This document shows positions 15,001 through 27,399 of a stretch of DNA of 64,000 nt, in pieces. The position numbers were made by a program, and so were the translations under genes. The DNA comes from Chrysomallon squamiferum (Eukaryota > Animalia > Mollusca). The notes under the pieces are model-generated. The model did not search any database and was not told where the DNA came from. It worked only from the letters and a program-made list of their open reading frames with translations. The stretch spans positions 14,508,001-14,572,000 of the forward strand of contig CM022665.1 of assembly GCA_012295275.1 (NCBI GenBank), given 5' to 3'. The first letter of the stretch is position 1, and every line of letters starts with the position of its first letter.

Positions 15001-18000
15001 TGTAGGGGGGGGTAATCTTATGAGCTGGTTTTACAAACAATGCTGAGCAGTAATGACACTTAAAAAACAAAAACAACAACAAAAATAATAATAATAAAAG
15101 ATAATTTAAAAAAAAAATAAAAAAAATAAAACAAAGAAAGAAATGAGCATACATGGTGAATGGAAGTCAGTGAGATACTCGAGACAGGTTGTCAGAAGAG
15201 AAAAAGGGCTAAGAAGGTGGAAGTTACAAATAAGGAAGGCATGGGAGCAGAGTGAAAGTTAAATGTGTGTGTGTTTTTGTGTTTATATATATGCGTACAC
15301 ACATACACACATACACACTTTTTAACTACTGTTTTATTTGTTTGTTTGTTTCTTCCTTTCTTTCTGTCTTTATTTAATTTATTTATTTAATATTTATTTT
15401 CCACTATGTCTTTTAAAAAAAAAAAACATTTTTTTAATTATAGACCAATTCGGATGTGAATAACACTGGAGTCAGCCAACAAGGGATTCGTCAGTATACG
15501 GCTGGACAGTGGTCAGCAACGAAACCAAACAGTCGTCCCCAGAGTGCTCGGGAGGCTCTGGGGGTAGGATCGGAGAAGCCGCCCTTCCACGTAACAAATG
15601 CTTGGGCCAGTTCACAAAGAGCCAGAGACTTGCCAGGACAAGTTACAGAGAAGCCGCCTGTTGCTCCAAGACCCAGCACTCAAAGACCAAGACAGGTTTG
15701 TTGTTTTAATTATCATACATCTTTTTGTGTGTGTTTTTTTTACAGATTATTTCAGAAGTTCATCTGCATTTCGCATGGTGGAGATTAAGTCAGAAGTGAT
15801 GGTGAAGATGTAGTGTCTTTGTCTTTCTAATAATTACATTAAATTTTGTATGAATGTATTTTCGCATGTGTAAAAATAAAGTTCGGTTCAGCTAGTAACT
15901 TAGAAAGCATTTGGTATGGTGCAATATTATCCTGCTTGTAATAGCTATTGCAGTGGATTATAGTGGCAAACATTGACGATGCTTACTAAATTATGGTTAA
16001 CGGGATATTTATTATTATTATTATTGTTATTATTATTAATATTTTAATGTAGAAACATACAGAATATATACTGTTAACTTCATTAGTATCTTATTTATCT
16101 AACTGGAAATTCACTGCTTAAACTGTCATAAAACTCTAATAACATTTAGTCAAAAATGTTCGTCATTTTCCGCTACTTTGAAAGAATCATGTGATGTTAC
16201 ATAGACAGTGTAATCAAGCGGCTTTAATAAAAACAATATTATATATATTGAGCTTCTACTATCTAATTTAAGTTATGCATGCGCACCTGTTGATTTTTTA
16301 TCGTTAAAAACGTAATTTATCTATTCTTAAATTCGTACATTTAAATTAATTTTCCTTAGTGTATATTTACTTAGTAAAAATGTAAGGTAGAAAACAGTTT
16401 AAAGTAAATTAAATACAATTTAATAAAAGTTAATTTTCTTGCGTTTGTTACGTAAAAAATTGGTTCTGTAATAGTATTAATAAAATCATTTATTCTTCTT
16501 ATTAAATATAACCACAATACAGATAATCGTCCATTACATTTTACTATTATTTTCCCTCACCATTTCGAAATATGATTAAATTAATTTTCATGCCATTATT
16601 TTCCATGTTGCCGTGAACAGCATGAAGACGGTCAAATAAGCGTCCCTCCTCCGGCCCACTCACGTAACAATAGTGGGATAGCCGACAACACAAACCACAG
16701 CAGACAGACCTCAAACCAAATTTTTGACACTTCTGAAGGTTTAAGTGGCAGCCAACAACGCTGGGGCATTATTGGTGGACAAACCTTTCCCGGATATGTG
16801 GTACGCAACGTTAAATCTATACAGTCTTTTATTCTATTCGTCTTAACCATTAGTATTAATATATTAATGGTACGTGTAAAATAAATTAATAAACTGGAAT
16901 GTTGTTGTTGTCAAAATGGATAGGTTAGATTATTTGTTTAATGCTTTTCATGCAGTGGAAGTAATTTAACTGAAATATTCGTATCACTGATTAGAATTTA
17001 TTAATATTATTAAAAACTAAATGACGTTCAGTAATATCTATAATAATACCTATTATTACATTAGTTATTAGCTGCCAGATATTACAAAATATCGAGTATT
17101 AGAAAAGAAACACGATGCCACAACTCTAAGTATTATTAATTTCCAATAAAAGCAAACGGTTTAGAGAATAGCTTCGTCGAATAACAAATTTCGATCTGTT
17201 CTACAGCTGTCATGGAATTTTGTATGAAGTATTTTTAGATTTCAGATACGTTTTATTTTTGTGTTAATGGTGTGCACGAGAAACCTTCGTCAACCATTCT
17301 TTAGAACTCTCATTGATGTAGCAGGAACTATTTGTTTTATGTAACCACCCACTGACTTTAAAACATATCATATTAGACACTGTGATAAAAGAATCATAAA
17401 TCTCTGATTATAACAGAAAATGGTCAGACAGACGTGCAGACAAGGCTTGATCAGCAAACCTCTTCATCTGAGTTACACTTTTAATGTTAAAGTAACCATT
17501 AATAATATTTAGTCTAAGAGTTTTCTGTCTGTTTCGACCAGAGACGAGCATCTCAGAAAGGTCCAGGTATACAATATCTTTGCTATCTAGATTAGAACTA
17601 CAAACGATTTTAACAAATAGTTCATTGCTGTGTACTGTTTTAAACCAGTAACATTATCATCGACCAAAAAGACATGTAGGTATTTTCTTCTTCGTTTCAT
17701 TATTTTGAAGTCAACAGTACTATCTGTGGTTTGTTTGTTTGTTGTTGTTGTTGTTGTTGCTAGGCGTCATTTTTTTTTTCAAATGCATTTTGTTTCTGTT
17801 TATATTCCTATTCTATACATAATTACAACAGTCACTGAAACTACTGCTGAAGATGACGGGACAAAAAAAAATAATAATAATAAAAATAATAAAAAGGTTT
17901 TATTTATGAAACAGGCCCCGAATTCACTAAAAGCTTTGTAACTTAGCTGTTTACAAAAATTATCTCTAGATGCAACTAGTGATTTGAAAAGATTACAATA

Positions 18001-21000
18001 AAACAGAATTGCAGAGTAGGTTAACAAACATCTAGACTAATAATCTGTTAAAAAAAGGGTCCTGATTATCAGAGATTTAAACAAATATATATTTCCTTTA
18101 CAATCTTGCAGTTTATGTTTATACCTTGTCAACATAATTTCTTTTCTTTTCTTTAATGTTTTACTACGATTTGTTGGTTTACTCATAATTTAACTACAAA
18201 ATTACATCAGCAAAATAACAAACTGTAGCAAAATATTCAGTACAATTTGTGTTGACACGGCGTAGACCTAAACTGAATTATAATAAGCCTACAGTCTTTC
18301 TCTTTTTTAATCCTCAGATATTTACGGTAATATTAGATTATATATTTCTGTTTTGTATTTGCAAAGCCTTCACAACCCAACGAAAGGAAAGACGGACCAC
18401 GTGGAGAACTACTCTTTTCCCGGGAACGACAACCGCCGCCATATCCACGTGATCACCGAATGAACGAATCACATGAACAGTATCATAACATGGCATTCGC
18501 GGGAGACAATTCAGACGACACGTTACGGAGGTACTCATTAACAACATTTCAAATACTTTCAGTGTTAATTTTTTTAATTTTGTGTGTACGTTTGTGCATA
18601 TGTGTAGGCAGGTGCGTCAAACATTCAGTTTCTGTTTATTTACGTTGTGAACGGGAAAACTTTTCATCATTCTAATAGACACTTCTAACGACTGGGAGTA
18701 AGGAATCTTGTATAAACACCTCTCCATAAATAGGAAAACATCATAACCACAGCTTTTGATCAATTAGTTATTGACCACTTGTTGGAAAAGGACTTACTAA
18801 TTTAAACTATCTTTACAAACCTAGCATTTGAAAATAAATAAATAAATAAAATCACCGTTTTGCAAAATAAGGTCGTAATAGGTCCAAACAGGTCGTAATT
18901 AATTACAGAAATGAATGTCACCTAATTAACAAACTTCTGTCGAAAACGATTTTTTCTTCTTCTTTTTCTTATTATTGCTGCTGTTGTTGTTGTTGTAGTT
19001 ATTAGTATTATTATTAACAGGGGAGATGGTGCAGTAAACAATGATATAAGATCAGCGTGTAACAAACTGTACGGGTCCAGATCTCAAACACCAGACAGAC
19101 AGATACACGGATCACCAGCCCAGACAAGACGTATACCTGACATCAACAAAGTATTTATTTATCATCATCATATTTTTTCCTTATTATTACATGTTATCAT
19201 CTTTCTCTTCGTCACCATCAACATTATTATAATTAGCAACATCATGTTCTTCGTGATTTATTATTATTATTATTAATATCTTTAAAATTATCGTTTATAA
19301 TAATTTTAATTGATGTATGAATTAAACGAATCTGTATTCTTATTCGTCGTCTATTTGTTGACATTTTACAACAGAATACTGTTACATTTCCTTTGAATTA
19401 AACATCTTGTGCGAACTGCTGTTTGAATGACGATATCTCATTCTTTCAGAAACCATTTTCACCTCAACCATTCGACTTCCACACACCAAGCTTTGACCAG
19501 ATCCAGCACACAGCAAGAGCCAGTCCCATGGGCCAAAGTTCAAACAGTTTTTCTAATCTTACGGACACACGATCGTACACAGGACAGAATGCAACATTTA
19601 GCACATTCAAGCCGGAGAGTGATGACGATGACGACGACGATAATAAAGACAACCACCAAAAAGGAAATTCTGTAGAAATTCAAATAAAAGACGCGTTAAT
19701 GCCGTCATCCAAGTATCCCAGTAATGCTGGAAGTAGACCCAACAGTGCACGACAGACTCCCATTAACAATGATGTTTGCAAACCAGATGAACGCAGAAAT
19801 GACAATTTTCATTTGCAGGGATTTACTTCTCACAAAACCAGCGACTATTACAATCAAATACAACAGGATCACCCTCTAGCATCTACAGTGTCCTACGTTC
19901 GTGAAACAGAGTCAAAACCACAGACATCCAAAGTTGCCGTAATGATGAACTCGACTCACATTAATGCCGCTTACGTTGAAGACAGCGCAGACGAAAGCGA
20001 TGGATTTCGCGGCACAACTAATCAAAATATACTGGACTACGCTGGTGAATCTTCTGGTTCAATAACTCCACCTCTTCCGCCTCTCTCCCCTGGCAGTTCC
20101 CGTCCGTCAACACCGCCCTTCAATCCCAAGTTCGGGAGGTCTTACAGCGCCAGTAATGTGTCGCCTCCAAAAACACCAGATCTGCTGACGTCTACGTCAA
20201 AGCAACATAATAAAATCAGAGTTCCCGAACACTTGCGCGCTTCCAACCTTTACGTTGATTCGGTAGGGAAGAGCCGAGAACATTCTAAACATTCTCCACG
20301 TCAAACTTCTAATACAGACCGCACATATTCTACGGTCAAGAAAGCTGCCAAGGGCAATGGTTAGTTGGATTAATAATAAATTACGGACATTCCCCGACAA
20401 AGGTCTTACTTATGCAGATCCTACTTAGATTTCGATTCTTTGTTGGGTTTTTTTCCTTGTTTTTTTTTCTTTCTTTCTTTCTTCTTCTATTTTTAAAGAA
20501 ATAATTAATATAGTTATGACTTTGTTATATACTACAGTATCGAACAGAATTTTATCTGAATACATACACCTTGACCGAAATAAGTCGTGGGGAAGATGTG
20601 TGCCTGTGTAATTTCTGTTTTCATTTGTAGTATGTAAATTATTCTGTATTTTGTTAGATAAATCTTTTTGTACACAGTTTTGAAAGATTATAAATGTCTA
20701 GAGTGTCTTTTAGTTATAGAAATCATAAAGAAATATTCAAAGACATTTTATACAATTTAAAAAAAAAAAAAGGCTGTCCAAACACACCACAGAGCTCTTT
20801 ATGAACATCAGTTCCTTTCGGCTGAATAATACTATTTTAATCTTCAGAAATATTACATATATACATATTATGCGGTTTAGAACAATGCAAAATTATTGTT
20901 TAATTAATTACTTAATTAAATTAAATTTAATTTAACTTATTACCTATATGTGTTAAATATTCATTTATTATTACAATGTATGTGTTTCAACGTGTAATTA

Positions 21001-21460
21001 AGTATCAGAAAATATTTTTAAAATGGAAGAATAACTTATTTTTAGGGCTCAGCCATAGCTTGGATGATCTCAGGGAATCAGGAAACGAGAGCAACATCTC
21101 ATTCGATATCGAGAACACTTTTCTTACAGTAGAGGAAAGCGAGCAGGATGTCGTTGACAACTTCCGTTCTCACAAACATGGGCATGCGTCACACAAACAT
21201 ATGGACAAATTTGAGGCTATGTATCAAAATATGCTTCACTCTGTTGGTGTTGTCAAAGAAGCATCACGTCACAAAGAGCACGTGCATGTAAAAAGAAGAT
21301 GGAGTCTTGCTAGTTCTGATACGAGTTCTTTACCGAAAGGAAGAAAATTTCGCAGTGATCGGTCTTCCTATGAAAGAGGCAGTGCCAAAGATATTAAGTA
21401 ATTTTAATTTTTTTTTTTTTATTATTATTATTATTTTTTTTATGTTTGCTTGTTTGTTGT

Positions 21461-21495
<35 letters not shown>

Positions 21496-22370
21496 TTACA
21501 TAATTTTTTTTTTTATTATTTTAATAATTATTCTTAACTTTACTTCTTGAAAACAGAGAATTTTCGGATAAATTTATTATTATACGTTTCAAATGATGTT
21601 AGATAATTATTATATTGAAACATTTAGAATTAATTAACAATTAGACCTTATATTAATATGCATCGATTGTATATATTATAATATATATGCTACGGTGAAA
21701 TTAACTAATAATAATAATAATAATAATAATATTCAGTAATCACTGTTTATGCCCTAGATCCATGGGTTGGACTCGGTGTAGCAGGAAATAACACATCCTG
21801 TAAATCACAAACCCTAGGAAATCACATATCCCCCCTGGAAATCACAAACCCCCTCATAATATACCAAACATACCAGTAGTGATGGTGTTTTTAAATGCAT
21901 CTCACCATAAGCCTTTCTGCCATAACATGAACAACATATATTTGTACGTTAGAAATGGATCAAACTGGGTTTTTTGCACATTTTTTGCCACAAAATTATT
22001 TATGTTTGTGTTTAAGAATGGTTTAAAGTTCAGTATGTCTATTAAATTTGAACAAAAAGTATTTCATCCCATAGGTCAGGTTTCAGTCTAATAACTAAAC
22101 AAATAGGAATATTAAAATATAATTTTAGCAAAAATAAGCTCATGAATATATGAATACAATTCCCTATCTACAGAATGGCTTGTTGTTGATCTATTAATAT
22201 AAAACATGTTATGTTCACAAGGGAATTGTATTTATGTATTACCAAACTGAATTATCAAACTGGATTTCATGGGGGAAGTGCGATTCCCGGGGGGGGGTTT
22301 GTGATTTATAGGAAATTACAAATCCTGAGGTGTGTGATTTCCAGGGGTTAGCAATTAACTGCTACACCGG

Positions 22371-22435
<65 letters not shown>

Positions 22436-23623
22436 GTTAAAAAAATAAAATTAAAATTTTTACCTGTGTATTTTCGTAGATCAATACAACGCAGATTTCA
22501 AAGATTAGAATCGCACGTTGTAACACTGGCCCGAAGCGTGGCGCATCTGTCTTCAGAATTACGTCATAACAATGCTCTCGCGCATGAACTGGATTGGATA
22601 AAACGAGAACTTCGGGAATTACGATTGGAGAGTCACCATCACAAAAATAACCCATTCGGTGGACGCACTGATAAAGCTATGGAGTTTGAGAGGTTCCGTG
22701 CATGGATTCCTTCACTTACCAATCCGAAAAGAGTTAACAAACTTACAAAGTGAGTTATCTGCCTTGTATATGGTGTAATTAAACACGTACAACAAGAAGG
22801 CTAAATAGTGAACTCGCGCAAATTTTAATTTTTCTTTTATTTCGAACTAGTAGCGTCTCTAGCGGTTAGGGGTGGGGGAGGAACACTTCAGATTGTGTCA
22901 GTTATTAAAGCGTTCGTTGTGGGTTAAAAAGTTAATGGGCTGGTATTTGTTGAAAGAAATTATACAAAGGAATCGGTTTAACTTTAAATTATTTTATACA
23001 AAAATGTTATTTTATATGCCACTAATATTGATGGGATAAAATAAGTAAAGGTATATTCAGCAGACTTAGTAGTTCCGAATTATTTCATAACATACAATAA
23101 CCGATTTTTAAACTTGTACGTTTAAATGGAATGACTGAAAGTTGGACATGAAGTTCTAGAAAATAATGTTTTAATTGTTTCACCTTCAACAAAAAATGAT
23201 CTAATGTTCCACTGTATTTGCATTTCAGATTTTTCGGACAAGAACCACCATTATTGCAATTGTATCTTAAAAAATTAGGATATGAGGTAACTATAGCTAT
23301 ATCTGACAATTTGATGATTGGTCACAGCAGAAATAATGATATAATCACTAGCTTATATTAATTTAAAAACTGAACTTTGTATTCATTTTGGCTTTTAGAA
23401 AAAGACAAATCTTTCTTATTTATTTTTAGTTTAATTTGTAATTCTTTATTTCCAGCGCTACGCAAAAAATTTTGAGAATGAACATATTGGAATGATAGAG
23501 TTACCATACATGACTGAAGACAGACTGGAAAGCATTGGTATACCAATGGGTCCAAGACTTCGAATTCTGCAAGAAGCCCAACTCTGTTTTCGACAGGACA
23601 ATTTCAATATTTATATCGTCTAA
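276..23623 (+). CDS. 15-exon gene for an uncharacterised CH-domain / coiled-coil / SAM-domain protein (~1105 aa)
   Basis: Exons (all GT-AG, phases consistent, 3318 nt total): 276-530, 7299-7413, 12226-12351, 13461-13525, 14491-14632, 14838-14968, 15444-15695, 16621-16800, 18367-18530, 19021-19150, 19450-20359, 21046-21397, 22480-22749, 23229-23286, 23456-23623 (TAA). Exons 2-4 encode a CH domain (HTTWANELL..DLRKGLADGVTL..ENLKRCL..GISAKDIADGNLKSTL). The last two exons encode a SAM domain (LYLKKLGYERYAKNFENEHIGMIELPYMTEDRLESIGIPMGPRLRILQEA). The middle exons are low-complexity (P/S-rich) and less certain individually. Confidence 0.85.
1316..1990. repeat. Compound microsatellite / cryptic trinucleotide region: (TA)n(GA)n, (CAC)n, (GAT)n, (GTA)n
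   Basis: Direct inspection; explains the V/L/T-rich ORFs listed here. Confidence 0.9.
6540..7331 (+). repeat. Decayed ~150-170-bp tandem repeat ending in CH exon 2
   Basis: Units TTACAAG(G)AAA..TTGGA.AAATTATCTATTGCAG...GATACCAGTGACAATAATAAC begin at ~6544, ~6714, ~6870 (partial) and ~7123. The last unit runs into the acceptor at 7298. Confidence 0.75.
7299..13525 (+). CDS. Calponin-homology domain exons (exons 2-4) of the CH-SAM gene
   Basis: Spliced translation EHTTWANELLQKNKYPLIGDLRKGLADGVTLVTLTELTTSIPVAKCERHPTSSVHCLENLKRCLTHLEERGVDIAGISAKDIADGNLKSTLILLGNIRKKYD fits the CH consensus (W-x-N, DL..DG..L, EN...L, DI.DGN.K). None of these exons appears in the ORF track. Confidence 0.9.
11358..11550 (+). 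mobile_element. tRNA-derived SINE (or decayed tRNA-like head plus tail)
   Basis: GC/CpG-rich island in an AT-rich intron. Pol III A box TGGCCGAACGG (11365-11375) and B box GTTCGAGTC (11419-11427). 3' hairpin TTGAATATT...AATATTCAA (11496-11538). No clean cloverleaf. Confidence 0.65.
12303..12900 (+). repeat. Decayed tandem copies of the 3' end of CH exon 3 in the following intron
   Basis: Exonic ACTCACCTTGAGGAGAGAGGTGTCGAC recurs at ~12459, ~12643, ~12801 and ~12873. Confidence 0.75.
21774..22369. mobile_element. Non-autonomous DNA transposon (MITE) in intron 12 of the CH-SAM gene
   Basis: 11-bp terminal inverted repeats CGGTGTAGCAG / CTGCTACACCG. Subterminal AAATCACA repeats at the left end and TGTGATTT at the right end. 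No clear TSD; superfamily not assigned. Confidence 0.75.
23229..23623 (+). CDS. SAM domain and C-terminus exons (14-15) of the CH-SAM gene
   Basis: FFGQEPPLLQLYLKKLGYE|RYAKNFENEHIGMIELPYMTEDRLESIGIPMGPRLRILQEAQLCFRQDNFNIYIV*. Matches the SAM pattern L..LG...Y...F....I....L..L....L..IGI..G.R..IL. Confidence 0.9.
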
Positions 23624-25061
23624 TTGAAAAACAAATGAAGAATTAACATTAAATCTGTAATACAGAACCTTCCACTCTCTGTGAAACTGAACATCTTCAC
23701 AAAGGCTATTCCTAATGATTTAATTATACAGGCAGCTTCCAAGTCTGTGTTGTGGAACATATGTTGGAATGGTAAAAACTGACAGTAAGTCAAGTTGTAT
23801 CATGTCCTGATAATGATGAGGACTGGTCTATCTAAGTATAACACAGATCACTGATGTTAAATGTTCGTTTTAGAACAATTTAATAAGAAAGGGAAACCTT
23901 TTATTTCAATATGATAAAGCATTTTATTTGTCAGTTATAATATTCTTAAACTCATTCTCATTCATTAAAAAACAACTGATACTGACAGCAGCCGATAATA
24001 ATTGAGCAGATGGTTTGCAGTTTGGTTGCTTCCACTGTTTCTTTCTTTATTAATTATAAATATTTATTTATTTATTATTATTATGATTATTAATATTATT
24101 AATATTATTATTATTATATAAATTCTGTGAAAACAAAATACAACCACACATCATCAGCCAAGATGACATAAATAATATTTTGTCCAACATCTAATACACT
24201 ATAACAAAGATAAATTTCCTGGCAGAGACAGAATGATATAATTAAGTGTATTTAAATGTTATATATAAGACAAATACAGCATATAATTATCATATTTAAC
24301 ATGCAGATAGCAGAATATAATATGACCATGCATGGAATACATGCAAATGTGAATTATCTTTCAACTAATATATATTTAATAAAATGAGTACAAAGGAAAA
24401 GTTGGAAACAAGATCCCCCTTATTTTTATTTAAAAAAAAAGAGAAAAAAAAAAAGAAGAGTCTTTCATTCTTGTGTTTTGACTGAAGAAAATTTATAGTC
24501 AGTTACCAGCTTTCTTAACATGCTTCTGTTCTATAGTTAACATGGAACTAAAGTGCTGGATCCAAAGGTATGGTATCACAAGGCTCTTGAGATAATATAT
24601 GTTGTTTTTGTGGGGTTTGGCTGGGATGTTCAATGATAATGACAGAGTTTTAACATTTGACATACAGACCCTATGTCCAGACTACAGAGGGGTACTGAAA
24701 TGTTTGGAAGGTAATTTCAAAGTACTTTTTAGCATTTCTTTATATATCTTTTCTTCTTTCTTTCTTGTATGTGTGTGTGTGTGTGTGGGGGGGTATATAT
24801 ATATATCTGGAAAAGAATGATCTGGCAGATGATAGCACAAGACAAGATGTGGAAACAACAAGCTGAAATTTTCACCCAACATGGGGAAAATAAGGATACA
24901 CAGTGATGATGTTATATCTCTTTATTGATTTTGAATATAATTTTCACTTTCACACATGCTGTCAGGATAGATGACCAACAAGAAAATCCCTTTTTTCAGC
25001 TATATGGTAATTATATTGTTGACATATATTTAATGTTGCTGCTGCTGCTGCTGCTACCACC

Positions 25062-25092
<31 letters not shown>

Positions 25093-25904
25093 ATTTATTA
25101 AAAATAGTAATAAATAATTAAATAAACTTTAATAAAAATGGAAATTAAAATGAACATGAAATGTGTCACTTCATTTAATTTTTGGATTGAAGACACAAAC
25201 AAGCCTTGGAGGATTAAAGAAAACAACACATAAATATATACTAAGGATGTCTTTTTCTGTTTTCAAATTGTAGATTACATTAATAATTTAATAATTTAAA
25301 AAAAATATATATATATATACATATATATAAGAAAATGGACCCATTAATAGATTTGCAAAGGTAGAAGTTTGTGGTCACAGCAAACTTTGGATAGCCTGTG
25401 AAAAATGTAGGCATGAAGGTTATTTTTTTGAGATGAAAAAGGCCCCACTGCAAATTTTCTTTCAAGATATGGATGAAACATATTTTAGGTTGAACTAGAA
25501 TTTACCTGAATAAAATTTAATACATTTAATAAATGTAAACTTTGCAAACATTAATACTGTCTTATTATTAGTATTATTTTCAAGTGCTGTTTCTGAGAAA
25601 TCCAGAAAGCAGAAGTGTAGTGCAGGAGAACTAACCATATCGCATGCAAATGCAACAGTTTCAATTTCCACTGGGAACAGTGTGCTAAATTATAATATGG
25701 CTGTGCCCATCTACCAAAAAGCATCTGCATTGCTGAAACAAATCTTGTGGGTTTTACACCATTTTAATGGCTGTTTCGGCTCATTTATATTGACTTGAAG
25801 CCGGCATTCCCATGAATAGGGTACAACATTATGCTGGCACCTAGCAATATGTTAAAGAAGTGTCTTTGCAGCCAACTGTCAGGGTACCAATAGCATATAT
25901 CATG

Positions 25905-27150
25905 GGTGCTGTGGTGAAATTCAACCTTGCATTTCATGTATTTCAAAGTTACAGTTTTATTTGTTCCTTTTGTCTTGCATTTGCTAGCAACAATTCAGTT
26001 CAGTAAAACAAGTTGGTAAGAATGTAGTATGGACGTTTTTCCTTTCAGTGAAATCGTCAAGTGTATAGCAATATAAAAATAAAATCCCTTATAGAATATG
26101 GTTATATGTCAAAATTTTAAATTTATTATATTAATATATTTTTTTCAAAATCTGTTATTATTTATCTATTTATTTTATTATAGGATGAAGATCCCTTATC
26201 TGCAATTCTCATAGACTGTCTGAAACATTCTTATATTCACAAAACTATTAAAATATATGCAAAAATATCTGCAGAGTATTTGTATAAACTATATGAGATT
26301 TAAATGATTTCGTTTTTAGTCTTAGATCCTATTCTCAGTCTCTTTCCTTATATTTCAAAATCTGAAATCCAAAATATTACCAGTCCCAATTTTTTCAGAT
26401 TAAGGATCCTCAAACCATATTAACTTTACAGTCAGTTTATGAGTTTTACAAGAACTGTACTTTCACAAATCTGATAGTTTTAAGCTTGTGTTGTGCTGAA
26501 AAATGTTTGAATTTTTTTTTTTTTTTTTGTATTTTTTTTTTTTTTTTTGTAACTGTAATTACTTTTTAATAAAATATTTTAAATTGTAGCTGGGAAGATC
26601 ACAAAACAATAGTTATTTATATTCCGTTTATTAAATGATTTATTATCAAATGATTATGAATTCAACAGTAAATGTATATATAATCATTATTTAATTCCTG
26701 GTTAATTTAAAACATGTACTGCTGTATATTCTATTTGGTGAAAGATTGTGGGTTTCTGGGTGGGTCATTATGGAAATATCACATACACATCTTTGCAGAT
26801 TTAACCATTTTAATGAAAGTTTATTTTACTTAACTTGATTAGGTGGCCACTTAGGTAACAGGGAAAAGAGAGAGATCACTACACTTACCACCATACTAAA
26901 CGAAGAACATGGTGGCAAATCATTGGGGCAGCAATGGCATTTGCTGATGACATTTTGGTGAAATTCAACTTTTGTGTATTTCTAAGTTATAGTTTTATTT
27001 CATCTTTTTGTTCAGTCTTTCCAACCAATAATTCACCTCAGTGAAGTAACAAACTCGTAACACTGACGTTTGTCCCTGTTCTACCAAATCATTTAATACA
27101 CAGAAATATAAAAATTAAATAGCTCACAGAATACAGCATAATGGTTACAT
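25905..27150. repeat. Two decayed ~200-bp direct copies of a dispersed repeat (~25910-26110 and ~26955-27150)
   Basis: Shared GGTGAAATTCAAC..TGTATTTC.AAGTTA.AGTTTT...GACGTTT...AATATAAAAAT.AAAT...AGAATA..ATGGTTA.ATGT. Confidence 0.6.
26181..26418. mobile_element. Decayed Tigger/pogo-like MITE
   Basis: Imperfect inverted ends AGGATGAAGATCCCTTATCTG / CAGATTAAGGATCCTCAAACC; interior resembles recalled Tigger-derived MITEs. Confidence 0.45.
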
Positions 27151-27399
27151 GTTTCTTGTTTATTCACAGATTATAAACTTGGTTCTTAGAAATGAAAGAT
27201 CTTATCAGTGAATAATAACAACAACAACAACATAATAATAATGTATATTTTTTCTTGGTTTCTGAAGTCAAAAGTTTAAGAATGAACAGTCGTAATAGAT
27301 GCATAATGCTTTAAAACAATCCTTGAATTATTATGAATTCCATAGTTCAGAACAAAGGTTACACTGATAATGATATTTATTTTCATTCTAATCTCTTCA

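Noticed and set aside
17417-17566. Possible extra micro-exons of the CH-SAM gene (17417-17491; 17542-17566)
   Set aside because: Flanking exons already join in phase 0. The first has weak sites and no recognisable homology; the second is 25 nt and would shift the frame.
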